Positions 1 to 11,500 of a stretch of 32,000 nucleotides of DNA are shown here, piece after piece. Under the pieces are notes generated by a model. It worked only from the letters and a program-made list of their open reading frames with translations. It was not told the DNA's origin and ran no database searches. Made by a program: the position numbers and the translations under genes. Positions within the stretch are counted from its first letter, which is position 1, and every line of letters begins with the position of its first letter. This stretch comes from Zygophlyctis sp. KS116 (lineage: Eukaryota > Fungi > Chytridiomycota), in contig BAAFSQ010000018.1 of NCBI GenBank assembly GCA_054661495.1, positions 45,906 through 77,905 of the forward strand, read 5' to 3'.

Positions 1-86
1 TTTCCAGATTTGATTGCAAGCGCAAGTTTTGAATTTATAGATTCTTGAGACTTTTTAATCTTTTTTGGTGGAGCCGTCGGTGCCAT
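1..86 (-). CDS. RPL30: 60S ribosomal protein L30 (eL30), 5' part; runs off the window start
   Basis: Not in the ORF track. Reverse strand from the ATG at 86 reads MAPTAPPKKIKKSQESINSKLALAIKSGK, matching the eL30 N-terminus (KKSQESIN..LAL..KSGK). Confidence 0.92.
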   Translation of the reverse strand, partial: MAPTAPPKKIKKSQESINSKLALAIKSG

Positions 87-110
87 TTTTTTTCTAAAAG
101 CCTGCACTTG

Positions 111-233
111 AAACCTTTAACCTATTGTTTTTTCTTTCTAAACCTACTTTTTCTTATAAAACCTACATTTCATGTTCTAAACCTGTTCTTAAAACCTACT
201 TTTTCTTTTTCATGTAAAACCTACTTCACCTAG
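111..233. promoter_or_regulatory. Cluster of AAACCTAC motifs upstream of RPL30
   Basis: Perfect AAACCTAC at 140, 159, 192 and 217; degenerate copies at 111, 118, 179 and 228; all in the same orientation. Confidence 0.55.
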
Positions 234-307
234 CCAGACGTCATGATAATTGATTTATGAATTACTTTTGATTTATTCAAAATAAAAATGCCCAGTTTTT
301 AAGGAAT

Positions 308-1303
308 TTAGTCTTCCTTTAACCGATGCTCAAACTGATTTCCTGTAAAAGAATCTCCAGAATCAGTATTTACCATCATTCCTATAACCATTATTAACAA
401 CAGTACTAGGACAATACTAGTCCAAAATATAATCTGAAAAGGAACTGAAATATCCTGAAACTCACATTGACTCCCAGCCCATTTCACAGGAGAATCAAAT
501 CCAGGAATAAAATTCCCATCATCATCAGTAATTGGCGTAGAAATACAATTACATACCCAACAATCCTTATTTTTCCCTAATTTCCTAGATATACATTTCC
601 CATGACGTGAACAATTGTTATACATTCTTAATTTTAGATTTATAGTAAAAATTTACGATAAACATTCAGTCTCACTTGCAGCACAAGAAGAAATTTGTCT
701 TGTATATAGTGATTTTGAATTTATCCACTTTGAAACTGTAGAAATCAACAAAATATGATCATTTCCAGTATTTTTAAATCGTAAAAGTTCCTGTTCCAAC
801 AACTCTAACCCAATCTTGTATTCTTTAGAGTCTTTTGGAATTTCCTGCAGTCCTTTAACAATTATTACAAAACTTGAAAAAGAATTTGGATCAATTCTTC
901 TTAGAGAAACAATTTCCGCGGCGAGAGTGTGATATTTCCCTAGAATTGGAATTGTCTCCATAGAGTCTGATTTTTCTAATTGAATTTCCAAAACTCCAAA
1001 ATCTTTAGAGTTTTTAAAAGCCTTAAAAAGAATTTCCTCGTCTCTCGTCTTAAATTGTCCATTATAGTCTTGTATTCCAGCAATAATAATCCATCCTCTC
1101 TTTGAATATTTCCAATTTGAATATGAAATTTTGGGAATTTTATTCAAAATTTCAGCGCCAGAATGTTGAAAATTGGACTCTAGCAGAATGGAAGTTTCAA
1201 AACTAGAAATTTCAGTGGTGTCTAGAGATACTAGAGGATAAAAAGTGTTTACCAAGACACTAGAAACTCTTGTCAGAAATAAACTCAAAAACCACAATTT
1301 CAT
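308..1303 (-). CDS. DUF3844-type fungal single-pass membrane protein, ~321 aa, 2 exons
   Basis: N-terminal signal peptide. A 30-nt intron at 627-656 (GTAAAT...TAAG) joins the two ORFs into CLSMYNNCSRHGKC...CWVCNC...KWAGSQCEFQDISVPFQIIFW followed by a TM helix, the DUF3844 pattern. Confidence 0.8.
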
Positions 1304-1366
1304 TCTAATTTTAACCCAGCCCTTGGGATTACCCTAATTTGTAAACTGCTAAACTTGTAAGTTTTA

Positions 1367-1390
1367 CTAGGACCCTGCCCTAGGACCCTG
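1367..1390. repeat. Direct repeat CTAGGACCCTG x2 just upstream of the AspRS ATG
   Basis: Identical 11-mers at 1367-1377 and 1380-1390. Confidence 0.8.
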
Positions 1391-1397
1391 TCATCGA

Positions 1398-3221
1398 ATG
1401 CAGTCACTCTTAAAAAGTCATTATTGCAGGGATATTAAAAATGGTCAAATTGTTAAACTCGCAGGATGGGTTTCGAATTTAAAAAGAATCGGAAAAGATT
1501 TGTTTTTTATTTCACTCAGGGATGAAACTGGGACTGTTCAGGTTAAATTCTCTAATGATTTAACTAGTTTCAAGGACAAGTTGAATAGTCTAAGTTTAGA
1601 ATCTGTGATTTCTATTCAAGGAAAAGTGGTGCAAAGGCCTGGATCTGAGCTTCCAGTACAAGGACTAGGAAAGTTGGAGGTTGAAGCGGATCAATTTACT
1701 CTACTTAACTCTGCTGCAAAATTACCATTTGGTTTATTGGAAAAATCTATAAATGAGGAAATTAGACTGGAATTTAGGCATGTGGATTTAAGAAGGCCAT
1801 TCATGTTTAATAATATACGGAAAAGGCAAGAGGTTGTAAGGATTGTTAGGAGGAGTTTGGAAGATGATTTTGGATTTCAGGAATTTGAGACTCCTCTACT
1901 ATTCAAGTCAACTCCAGAAGGTGCAAGTGAATTTTTAGGTATTTTACTAAAATTATTAAAAATTTAATAGTAGAAGCAAATGATAAAGGGGAATTTTATG
2001 CTCTTCCGCAAAGTCCACAGCAAATGAAGCAGATTTTAATGTAGGATATTAGAAATTTAAAAAGATTATAGGGCTTCAGGATTTGAAAGATACTATCAAA
2101 TTGCTAAATGTTTTCGTAATGAGTCACAAGGGGCTTTTAGGCAGCCAGAATTCACTCAAATAGATTTAGAAATTGCGTTTTCTACTCAAGATTCACTCAT
2201 GGAGATTGTAGAAAATATAATTCAGAAAATTTGGGAAAAGTTTTTTACAAGGATAGAGGTACCAATCAAGAAAATAGACTATCATACTGCAATGATGCGA
2301 TATGGAACTGATAAACCAGATACAAGGTTTGGGATGGAAATTATGAATCTTAATCAACATATAAATGTTTCTAAATTAACTAATCCAAATACCTTGGTTG
2401 AAGCCATTGTAATACCTCAAGGGAAAACACTCTTTAAACAAAAAGAATTAAATCAAATACGCTCTCAGGTTTTGAATGAAACTTTTCCACATTTGGGGCC
2501 AGTCAATGCTAAAGACTTGCTGGTTGTTTTAGCAAAGGATATTTTCGAACCTAAATTAAGTCGTTTTTTGCCAGAACTAAATTTAAACGCTGATCATCCA
2601 TTGAAATCTTTAGACTCGGAAGCTATAGTTATCTTGAATCGACGCAAGCCTGGGTATTTGGGCGGGCATACAATTCTAGGAAGAGTGCGTGCATTATTGG
2701 GATACCTTATGGAAAAGAATGGCATGATATCATCTACAAGCCATAATTTTCTCTGGGTTCATTCATTTCCCATGTTTGAGCCAACTGTTGAAGATGGTAA
2801 AACTAGATGGACAGCTAGTCATCACCCATTTACTGCCCCGGCACCTGAACATTATGAACTTGCATTATCTAATCCTGGTAAAGCTATTGGACAAAATTTC
2901 GACTTGGTATTAAATGGAGTTGAATTGGGAGGAGGTTCAATACGTATCTTTGATCCCATCTTTCAGGAACAAATATTTAAGCAAGTCTTGGGCATGTCAT
3001 CATCAAAAGTGGAAAAAGACTTTGGACATCTACTACAAGCATTGTCGCATGGTTGTCCGCCGCATGGTGGCTTTGCAATTGGTTTAGATCGCCTAATGTC
3101 AGTTATCTGCAATACTCCAAATATTAGAGATGTAATCGCCTTTCCAAAGCTGGCTGGTAAAGACTGTCTTGTGAAATGTCCCTCTCCATTAAACAATGCC
3201 AACAAACAAAAGAAAGCATAA
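1398..3221 (+). CDS. MSD1: Aspartyl-tRNA synthetase, bacterial/mitochondrial type (MSD1/DARS2-like), ~586 aa, 3 exons
   Basis: Introns 1939-1970 (32 nt) and 2041-2071 (31 nt) restore STPEGASEFLV...[33 protein letters not shown]...RQPEFTQIDLE. Also HHPFTAP, GGGSIRI and PPHGGFAIGLDRL. Confidence 0.93.
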
Positions 3222-3293
3222 TAGATTGATTACTATATTTTAAGATCAGATCTTAAATTAAAGCTGTGAAAATTAACAACATTTTTAATTTCA

Positions 3294-4323
3294 TTAAATA
3301 TTATCTAAAGAAATTAACCGCTCTGAAACATCAGTGGTTGTAATTATTCCCAAATCAGTGAAAAGTAGCGATATTAGAGATGGAGGGGTATAATCCACTA
3401 GTGGTAAACAAGCCTAAATATAAACAAAAATTACTTTTTTACCTTTATTTCTGCGTCTGGTTCTTCTAGAAACTTTAATTGATAATCTTTATTTGGCAAA
3501 TCAGACTGACAAAGAGGAAACCTGTGAACAAATTTAAAAGATTCTGCAACTACATAAAGCGGCACATTTGTATAAGATGCTAATACCGCAATTTGATAAG
3601 TCCCAATTTGATTTATAATCCCTCCATTTTGTACTACACCTTCAGCTCCAACAAATACTGCATCTACATTATCCATATTAAAACCAACTGCAGCATCCGG
3701 AATCAAAACACATGATATTCCAGCATTCCTTAATGACTTTATAATTCTTTTACCATCATAAGGAGTAAAACATTCAGTCACAATAACCTTAAATCTGATC
3801 TGATTTTCCCTGGCTTTTTTTAGTAGCGCCATTACTACTCTTGAATAAGAATGCACGAGTATAACCATTCCATCTTTAATAAACTTTACTCCAACGTTTG
3901 CGGCCTGAGACCTGAACCCACTAATCTTTTCCAACACCAGCCGGCCCTCTTCTGCAGCCAAATTCTTCCAATCTATAAAATCAGTCTCTACTGAACTTAG
4001 TATCGGTTTTGTAATAAATCTTGTAAACATTTCAGTCCCAGCAACGACCCCAATCTGATGATGATTCAATAGAATTTTTTCCATTTCTGCCTTAAACTTG
4101 AGCATGTACTCTGACATTGTTGATGCATCAGACTCTGTTGTCCATTTTAAAAGCGCTTTGAAGACTGCGCTTGGTTGAGAATCAGAAATATCATTGCAGG
4201 CCTCATCTCTTATCAGCGACTTAAAATACTCCATATGCCCCCAAACCTCATTGGTTGGCCTTTATCAACTTTTAACATTCCAAAATACTTGTAAGTATTC
4301 AGCGGAATGCTTTGAAGAGCCAT
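3294..4323 (-). CDS. GCN3: Translation initiation factor eIF2B subunit alpha (GCN3/EIF2B1-like), ~323 aa, 3 exons
   Basis: Motifs ILVHSYSRVV, VGAEGVVQNGGIINQIGTYQIA and YVVAESFKF. Intron 3414-3442 (29 nt) adds the C-terminus VDYTPPSLISLLFTDLG. A probable first intron at 4260-4288 (29 nt) extends the start to ATG 4323; the alternative start is 4234. Confidence 0.88.
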
Positions 4324-4389
4324 TTGTTAATTTAATGAAATACTAAACTCTTATATTAACTTGAGAATTTACTGTAAAATAGTAAAATA

Positions 4390-4884
4390 TTACAATGTCC
4401 GAAATTCTTCCAAATGTTCATTATTTCCTAATTCTTGATCCCAGTCTTGATAATCTTCATAGGTGCAATCCTCATAATCCTCATCCTCATCATAATAATC
4501 CTCATCATCATCATAATAATCATAATCCTCATCATCATCATAATCGTAATCCCCATCAAACTCCTCACTCTCTTGTCCATTATCGTCCAAATCCAAATGC
4601 TGATCATCAGAATCATCAAAATCACAAGAGTCATACTCATCAGATTCATTTTGATTCAGATCTAGATCTTCTAGATCCAGAGTCTGATCTGACCCATATT
4701 TCTTTACAAAAGCAGCCTTGCTGTCTATGCATTCTAGAGTATCTTTGCAAATGCTAATGTTTGCGCATACTGATGACGCTGTATTGCAAATCTTTGCTAA
4801 TTTACAGCAATCATTAACTTGAATAGATTCACAGTTTATATTTTGGACTAATGCAATCATTATCATTACCAATACAAGAAGCAT
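4390..4884 (-). CDS. Putative secreted protein: signal peptide, small Cys-rich domain and Asp/Glu/Tyr-rich tail, 164 aa, intronless
   Basis: Hydrophobic N-terminus MLLVLVMIMIALVQN, then a CC-x5-C-x6-C-x5-C-x5-C segment, then low-complexity DYDYDDDEDY repeats. Confidence 0.7.
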   Translation of the reverse strand: MLLVLVMIMIALVQNINCESIQVNDCCKLAKICNTASSVCANISICKDTLECIDSKAAFVKKYGSDQTLDLEDLDLNQNESDEYDSCDFDDSDDQHLDLDDNGQESEEFDGDYDYDDDEDYDYYDDDEDYYDEDEDYEDCTYEDYQDWDQELGNNEHLEEFRTL

Positions 4885-4960
4885 TTTAGAATATTAATAA
4901 TGAAATTACGTATTCTATTGTTTACATTGTCCCAATTCCAACTTTGCACTATCTCAAGAA

Positions 4961-5011
4961 AGATTATATTTATTAAAAGATTATATTTATTAAAAGATTG
5001 TATTTATTAAA
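4961..5011. repeat. 17-bp tandem repeat x3 (AGATTATATTTATTAAA)
   Basis: Copies start at 4961, 4978 and 4995; the third has one A>G change. Confidence 0.9.
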
Positions 5012-5065
5012 ATATAAAGAGTTGTACTTGTATAGACGTAGAGGTATGAGTTTCAAGTTTAGGAA

Positions 5066-5599
5066 ATGCAAGTTCCATTCCATTATACACATGTAGAGTA
5101 TGAGAAGGGAGATCTTTTAGGATTTCTATTGTCTCTCTTGTCTCTATTGCCTATATTTCTACTAATTTCTTATACAACTTTAATACTAGAGAAGCCCAGG
5201 ACTCTTCTAGTTTTGGGACTCTTTGGACAATTGGTGAATGAAGGTTTAAACAGTTTATTAAAGAATTCTATGAAAATTCCAAGGCCTCAATTAAAAGGAA
5301 AAGGATATGGATTTCCATCTTCTCATTCTCAATTTATGGGTTATTTTATGGGTTATTTTTTAATAATCATTATGACAAGGAAAATTCCAAAAATTTACTA
5401 TTTATACTATTTGGGACTCATGATTGCTGGATTAGGAACTGCGTACTCTAGAACATATTTGAATTATCACACGCTAGATCAGGTTGTGGTAGGTTTAATT
5501 TTAGGAGCAGGATCAGGGCTTTTATGGGGGTTTATCTCTTTAAAGTTTGAAAAGATTCAAAGAAATGGTGGATATCAAAGTAGCAAAATTAAAAAATAA
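5066..5599 (+). CDS. CAX4: Dolichyl pyrophosphate phosphatase (PAP2 family, CAX4/DOLPP1-like), 177 aa
   Basis: THVEY N-terminus, GQLVNE, KxxxxxxRP, GYGFPSSHSQFM and SRTYLNYHTLDQV, plus TM helices. Confidence 0.9.
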   Translation: MQVPFHYTHVEYEKGDLLGFLLSLLSLLPIFLLISYTTLILEKPRTLLVLGLFGQLVNEGLNSLLKNSMKIPRPQLKGKGYGFPSSHSQFMGYFMGYFLIIIMTRKIPKIYYLYYLGLMIAGLGTAYSRTYLNYHTLDQVVVGLILGAGSGLLWGFISLKFEKIQRNGGYQSSKIKK

Positions 5600-5702
5600 A
5601 TTTTAAGCTGATATTGATCTATTATTTAAGAATGTTTTATAATAATTATAATTTTTGAGATTTTTATAAAGTAAAATATACACTGATTTCTGATCTCTGA
5701 TT

Positions 5703-7054
5703 TCAGGCACACTTTATCCCCATTTTTTGAATGTCTCGATAATCAGACAGTAATTTGGTTTGTAATTGATTATCAAAAGTATCAAATAGAGTTTTAAACT
5801 TGTTTTCAAATATTTTGTGTCTTAAATGGTCTCTAAATCTTTTGTTGTGGATCGTCTTTTTAAATAGGGAGAGTGATAAGTTTGGTTTTCCAATTAATTG
5901 AAGGATTTGTGCAGTTTGGATTTGATTTAAAGTAAATTTAATTGAATCTGGTCCATAATGCTCTAGTAAAAGGTTATTTAATATCTTTTGTTGACTTAAT
6001 GCTTGTTCAAATTTCATGACTTGAATCAACATTTGTACGTAATGATTCTAAAAATTAAAAATCTTAAATTACTCCAAGAGAAATAAAGAAATTCAATTCA
6101 TCTCCATTTAAAGATTCGTATTTTAGAGTATTTAATGTAGATTCTTCTGCAATTTCCAATGCATGATTTACATCTTCTTTACGTAGTTGATTGATAAGCA
6201 AGATCTTTAATTTGAGAGTTTTAGAAATATCTCTAGGATTTAGAGAATCATTCAATTCATTTGCCATTTTTAAGTACATTAGAGATTTTTCCATTTCACT
6301 AGATAATCCAGAAATCTGATTCATTCTTAAAAGTATTTCCAAATGATCATTTTCATCAGTATAAAGTTTCTTTTCTAAAATTTCAGAGTATTTCTCTAAA
6401 GCTAAAAGATAAAGATTTTGAGAATCAAATAGTTCTGCCATAGTTCGGACGTATAAATAGTCTAATTTGTCACTAGAAATATTAAAACAAGTTGATAGTG
6501 AGACTCCCTTTTTTAAAAGATCGCTTGCTTTATTAAATCTAGAAATTAATCATTGTTTTAAATTACTTTTTTTGAGATATGTTTCCTCTTGCAATCAAAA
6601 AGTATGCCTTGATCTTGAATTCTAGAGTCTGGTTATTTTGAGGTAAAGTTGAGATATGCTTTAACAGAGTACAAGAATGATCGCTTGCTTGATCATACAG
6701 TTTTCTACTATAATACATATCTGCAAGATCAGATATTGCCGACAACGTTTTAATATCAATGCTATTTAAAATATATAATTTTGCGATAAGAATGGATTGA
6801 AGAGCACATGCATGCATCATATCTCCTAGTTCAATATCGGATTTTATCTTTAATTCTAGATCATGCAAGCCATCCGATGATTCCCGAACTGACGCTGAAT
6901 ACAATGGTCGTACCAACGATGAGGGAAATCCGAGATCAGACTCAAAAACCAAAGTTTTACTTTTTACAGATTTAGCAAGGATTAATGCATCATCGACTTG
7001 CTTTGAAAGACTCTTGATATCTTCAATAAGAGCACATATATCATCAACAGCCAT
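5703..7054 (-). CDS. Helical TPR-like protein (possibly TTC23-like), ~432 aa, 3 exons
   Basis: Introns 6539-6566 (28 nt) and 6048-6072 (25 nt) join three ORFs in frame. TPR-like helices: LADMYYSRKLYDQA, MAELFDSQNLYLLALEKYSEIL. The family assignment is tentative. Confidence 0.6.
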
Positions 7055-7081
7055 TCGGAAGTTTAGGTGGGTGGGACAGCA

Positions 7082-8377
7082 ATGAGCAAAGAGTTGAATA
7101 TCAATCTTTCTCTTGATCGTATTAGGCTACTACTTGATGCATTGGGAAATCCATTCGAAGATCTTAAAATAATTCATATTGCCGGAACAAATGGTAAAGG
7201 ATCAGTTTGTGCATTCATGGCTAGCATTTTAAAAACTTGCGGATACAAAACTGGACAATTTAATTCTCCTCACTTTTTAGATCCGTCCGATTCAATTCTT
7301 ATTGATGGAAAACCATCCGTATTGTATGCCGATATCTACTCCAAAGTTTTTAAATTATCAGAATTACAAAACTTTAAATGCACACCGTTTGAAATCATGA
7401 CAGCAACTGCATTCATGATTTTCAAGGAAGAAAAAGTAGATATTGCTCTGGTAGAAGTAGGACTCGGTGGTAGATTGGATGCTACAAATGTCATTCCTCC
7501 TCCATTAATTGCTGTTATTACAAGTATTTCATTAGATCATATGGAATACCTGGGTGATACTGTTCAAGATATAGCAAAGGAGAAATGTGGTATTATTAAA
7601 AATGGTTCAAAAGCTGTAATTGTTTCAAGTCAGTCTTTTGATCAAGTGAATGAAATTGTTGAATCTTTTACCGACAAATGCACCGACTGCGAGGTAATTT
7701 AGCTTTTATCTTAAGAGTAGATAGTTAAAGTAGTCTTAAATTCTATAGAAATTAATTCTGAAAAAGATTGTGATTGGATCAGGATTTATTATTTTTCTGA
7801 ACCATGTTATTTACCTATAAAACTTTATGGAAATCATCAGATTAATAATGCATGTACATCTCTTTTAGCACTCTCAAGACTTGAAAAAATTGATGATAAA
7901 TTCTCTTTTTCTTTTGAAAATATCTACAAAGGAATGGAAAATGTGTATTGGCCTGGAAGATTAGAAAAAATCCAATTTAGAAATAGATCAATCTTTGTAG
8001 ATGGTGCACATAATGTCGCTGGAGCTAAATCTGTAAAAGAATTTTTAAAAAAACAAAATTATACCGCTATAACATGGATATTGGGATTCTCTTTGAATAA
8101 GGATTTGAATGGAATTTTAAGAGAATTAGTCGGAGAGAATGATACCGTCATTGGGATGCCTTTTAAAGCTCCTGAAAATATGCCTTGGATTAAATGTATT
8201 TCTCCTTTTGAAATAGGAAAAATAGTAAAGAGTATGTCACTTGAAGTAGTATATCTTGAAGCAGCTGATTTTGATGATGCCTTCAAGTTTGCTGATCAGT
8301 CAAGTTCCCAGATTGTATTATGTGGATCATTGTATTTAGTGTCACAATTTCACTCTTGGCGGCTGAATTCATCTTGA
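7082..8377 (+). CDS. FOL3: Dihydrofolate synthase / folylpolyglutamate synthase (FOL3/FolC), ~422 aa, 2 exons
   Basis: Motifs IHIAGTNGKGSV, EVGLGGRLDATN, WPGRL, DGAHN and CGSLYLV. Intron 7694-7720 (27 nt) restores LYGNHQINNA. The MPW motif resembles fungal FOL3. Confidence 0.88.
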
Positions 8378-8545
8378 TTTTTAACATGTTTAGATTCGAA
8401 AACTAATTGAAAATAAAATCGGACATGCGACTTTTTAAAAAGTGTTACACGTAAACACTCCTAATTTCTACCCTAAAAATCCTCTTAACCCAGAAAATGG
8501 GAATTAGAAGAAACAGTAACCTAGTACCGAGCCTGCTCCTAAAAA

Positions 8546-11500
8546 ATGAATTTCTCAATTTTGTAAGTGAATTAAACTAATTGCAAGAAATCAGACGATC
8601 GCACTTGAGCCAGACTTTGAAAACTCTCGGATGATGGTAAAATAATATGTCAACTCATTCCAAGGGCTGGACTGATCTCACAATCTCACCATCATCAATG
8701 GACTTTAAACAATTTCGAATAAATTGTCGTCAGGCGGAAATTCTTTCAGTGTTTGTCAATTCTGTACCAGCGCTATTTAATCATTGTGATCCGCTTGCAG
8801 ATATTCTCCCAGACAAGAATCCGTTTCATCATTTAGAGGCTTCAGAACTATTGGCAAAAGCAGTTGTAGAGGGGGACAAGGGAGAACTATTGATTTATAT
8901 TCCTGAATCTGTAGAAATTACTAGGATTGATGGGCTGGATGCAGTTGAAGATAATCCAGGTAACTACTAGAAATTTAGAGAAATTTAGAAAATGAAAATA
9001 ATGAAGCTTCGAATTTTACGCCGTTGGTGGTCAAAATAATATATTGTTTAAATAATCCAAAGTATGGACTATACTTTGTGCTGCCAGATGATGTGGGTGC
9101 TGCAGATGTAGATTTGGTTTAAAATATCTAATTTTTAGAGACTGCCTCACCTTTACGTTAATAATGGGGCTTGGGGACCAAGATCATGGGTTCCATGTGT
9201 AGATAAAGATACTGTAAAGTGTACTTGGGGTTTGGAAATTACAATTCCAGTTAATATGGATACGGCATTAGGAAGAAAAACTAATTTAAATAGGAATATG
9301 GTTGCAATTGCTTCTGGAGATCTAGTTGATCATCTCATTCATCCTCTTTCTGAATCAAAAAAGATTTTTGTGTATTCTATTTCGACTCCAGTAGCTGCTT
9401 CAAGTATTATATTAGCAATTGGGCCTTTTGAATCTACAGGAATAAAAGGATGGGGGAGATCTAACTCGTTACAAGTAGATTCATCAGTTCCAGATTTGGA
9501 AGAAATTGATAGACCTGCCGAAGGTAGATTTTCTGGTGGGGGAAGAACTTTTTATTTACACGGACAAAGAGCAAGAATAGAACAATCGACTGGATTTTTA
9601 TGTCATGCGCTGGATTTTCTGGAGCAATATATGGGATCATATCCCTTTTCTTCTTATAAGCAGGTCTTTGTCGATGACACATACTCTGTAGTATCAACAG
9701 GAGCTACTATGGCTATTTTGAATTCTAGTTTGTGCTTGGAAAAGGACAATATAGATTATATATATGATAGTAGAAGACAAATAACTCGAGCATTAACATC
9801 ACAATGGATTGATCACTATCTCAGTTTTGCTAGCTGGGCTGATGTTTGGCTATCAATAGGTTTAAACAATTATGTCACCGCATTATTTCTGCAGAAGCAT
9901 CTCGGAAATAATGAATTTAGATATCGTCTAAAATCGGATATAAGGAAGGTTTGTAGTCTTGACATTTCCCAGCTACCTCTATATCCTATTCCTCCGGACA
10001 CAAAGGACATCCCATTAGAACCGAAATATCTTCACGCTTATTTGTTTGATAGAGAAAATCTATTCAGCTCCCAAAGACACCAATTACTTAATCTTAAAGC
10101 ACCAATAATTCTTTACATGTTTGAAAGGTGGCTTGGAAAAGGATTGGTTCAAAAGACATTGAATAAATTTATGGTTAGTGCAATGTCAGATGAACTTCCC
10201 AACGGTATATCAACTGCTCAATTTCTGAAAGTTGCTCGAAAAATTTGTGCCAAGGTTGAAGTAAAGACTTTTGCAGATCTTTGGATTTATGGTGCCGGAT
10301 GTCCTCGTTTCAATATAAAATTCTTTTTTAATAAGAAAAAGATGGTTGCAGAATTTAAATTTGTTCAAGAATGTACAAACACTAATAGCGGGACTAGATT
10401 CTATGGACCTTTGACGATTCGGCTCATTGAGCCTGGTGGAATATATGATCAGCAGATTTTAATTCAGGACATACAAAAGAAATATATATTACCATATAAT
10501 ACCAAATATAAGCGGCTTAAAAAAAGTATTAATATACGATCCGGAGAAATAGATGGGGTCATACAAGATGTCGTGGAGCTAATAGAAGTATCGGATGATG
10601 AGCCAGATTCTGAAACAACTCTTAGGGTTATTTACGAGTGGATAAGAATTGACCCGGAGATGGATTGGCTATGTGAGCTAACTTTTGATCAACCAGAGAT
10701 AATGGCAGTGACTCAGCTTAAAAATGATAGAGATGTTATTGCTCAATATGAAGGAGTAAGGACTTTGGGAAAGTTTCCTTCTGCTCTTACAACAGCTACG
10801 CTTGTGTCTATTATTAAGGACACAAATATATTTTACAGAGTTCGAATGGATGCAGTTTACGCCTTAGCTCAACATGGAAATCATACTGCGGAAATGATTG
10901 GAGTGAATATTATCAAGCGCTTGTATAGAGATCAGTTTTGTAGACCAATGAGAGATGTCAGGGGAGCATTTTTCCCTAAACAAAATAATTTTCAAATAAT
11001 TCAAAATTATTATGTTCATAAGGTAAAAAAAAAGAGTTTTTGTTTGCTTATATCTAGGCTTTATTGCAGGTGATGGGAGAGACTAGAAATGATAAAGGAA
11101 TCGTTCCTTTCGAATCAAGGCAAGTTCTTCTTGATGCTCTGATTTATAACGATAACTCTCTCAACGACTTTTCTGACGAATATTTATTATCAACCATGCT
11201 AACTGCTCTTTGTGACTCATTTTTACCGGAAGATGTAACTTTACCGCAGCAGGAGCTGACAAGAAATCTTCAGATATCTGACGTAGAAATTTTAGATTTC
11301 CAGGGGAAAAGGAATCCATCCGCTCAGATGAATAAGACTGAAATGGCATTTCTAAAACTCATGTTCAATGAATTTGAACGGTTGAGAGATAGTGACCGTT
11401 TGGTTCAATCATATCATAATATAACCACCAATACTGTATTACAGGTATCTTGAATGTTTTAAACTACAGTGTTATTTCAAATGGATGATGTTTGGGCTGA

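Noticed and set aside
45-233. 62-aa plus-strand ORF
   Set aside because: It starts with TTG, is antisense to RPL30, and its LKPT repeats just translate the AAACCTAC motif cluster.
4395-4757. His/Asn/Pro-rich, Ile-rich and Met/Ile-rich ORFs in other frames
   Set aside because: These are shadows of the GAT/TAT/GAG repeats in the acidic protein. Only the 4390-4884 frame has a signal peptide and a structured domain.
5044-5072. Possible 29-nt intron extending CAX4 upstream
   Set aside because: I found no upstream in-frame ATG, and the ATG at 5066 already gives a family-typical N-terminus.
7067-7081. GTG start for FOL3 given in the ORF track (also TTG/GTG starts at 9232, 12716, 16795, 23034 and 29363)
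   Set aside because: The context is eukaryotic. These are internal exon positions or lie upstream of the real ATG.
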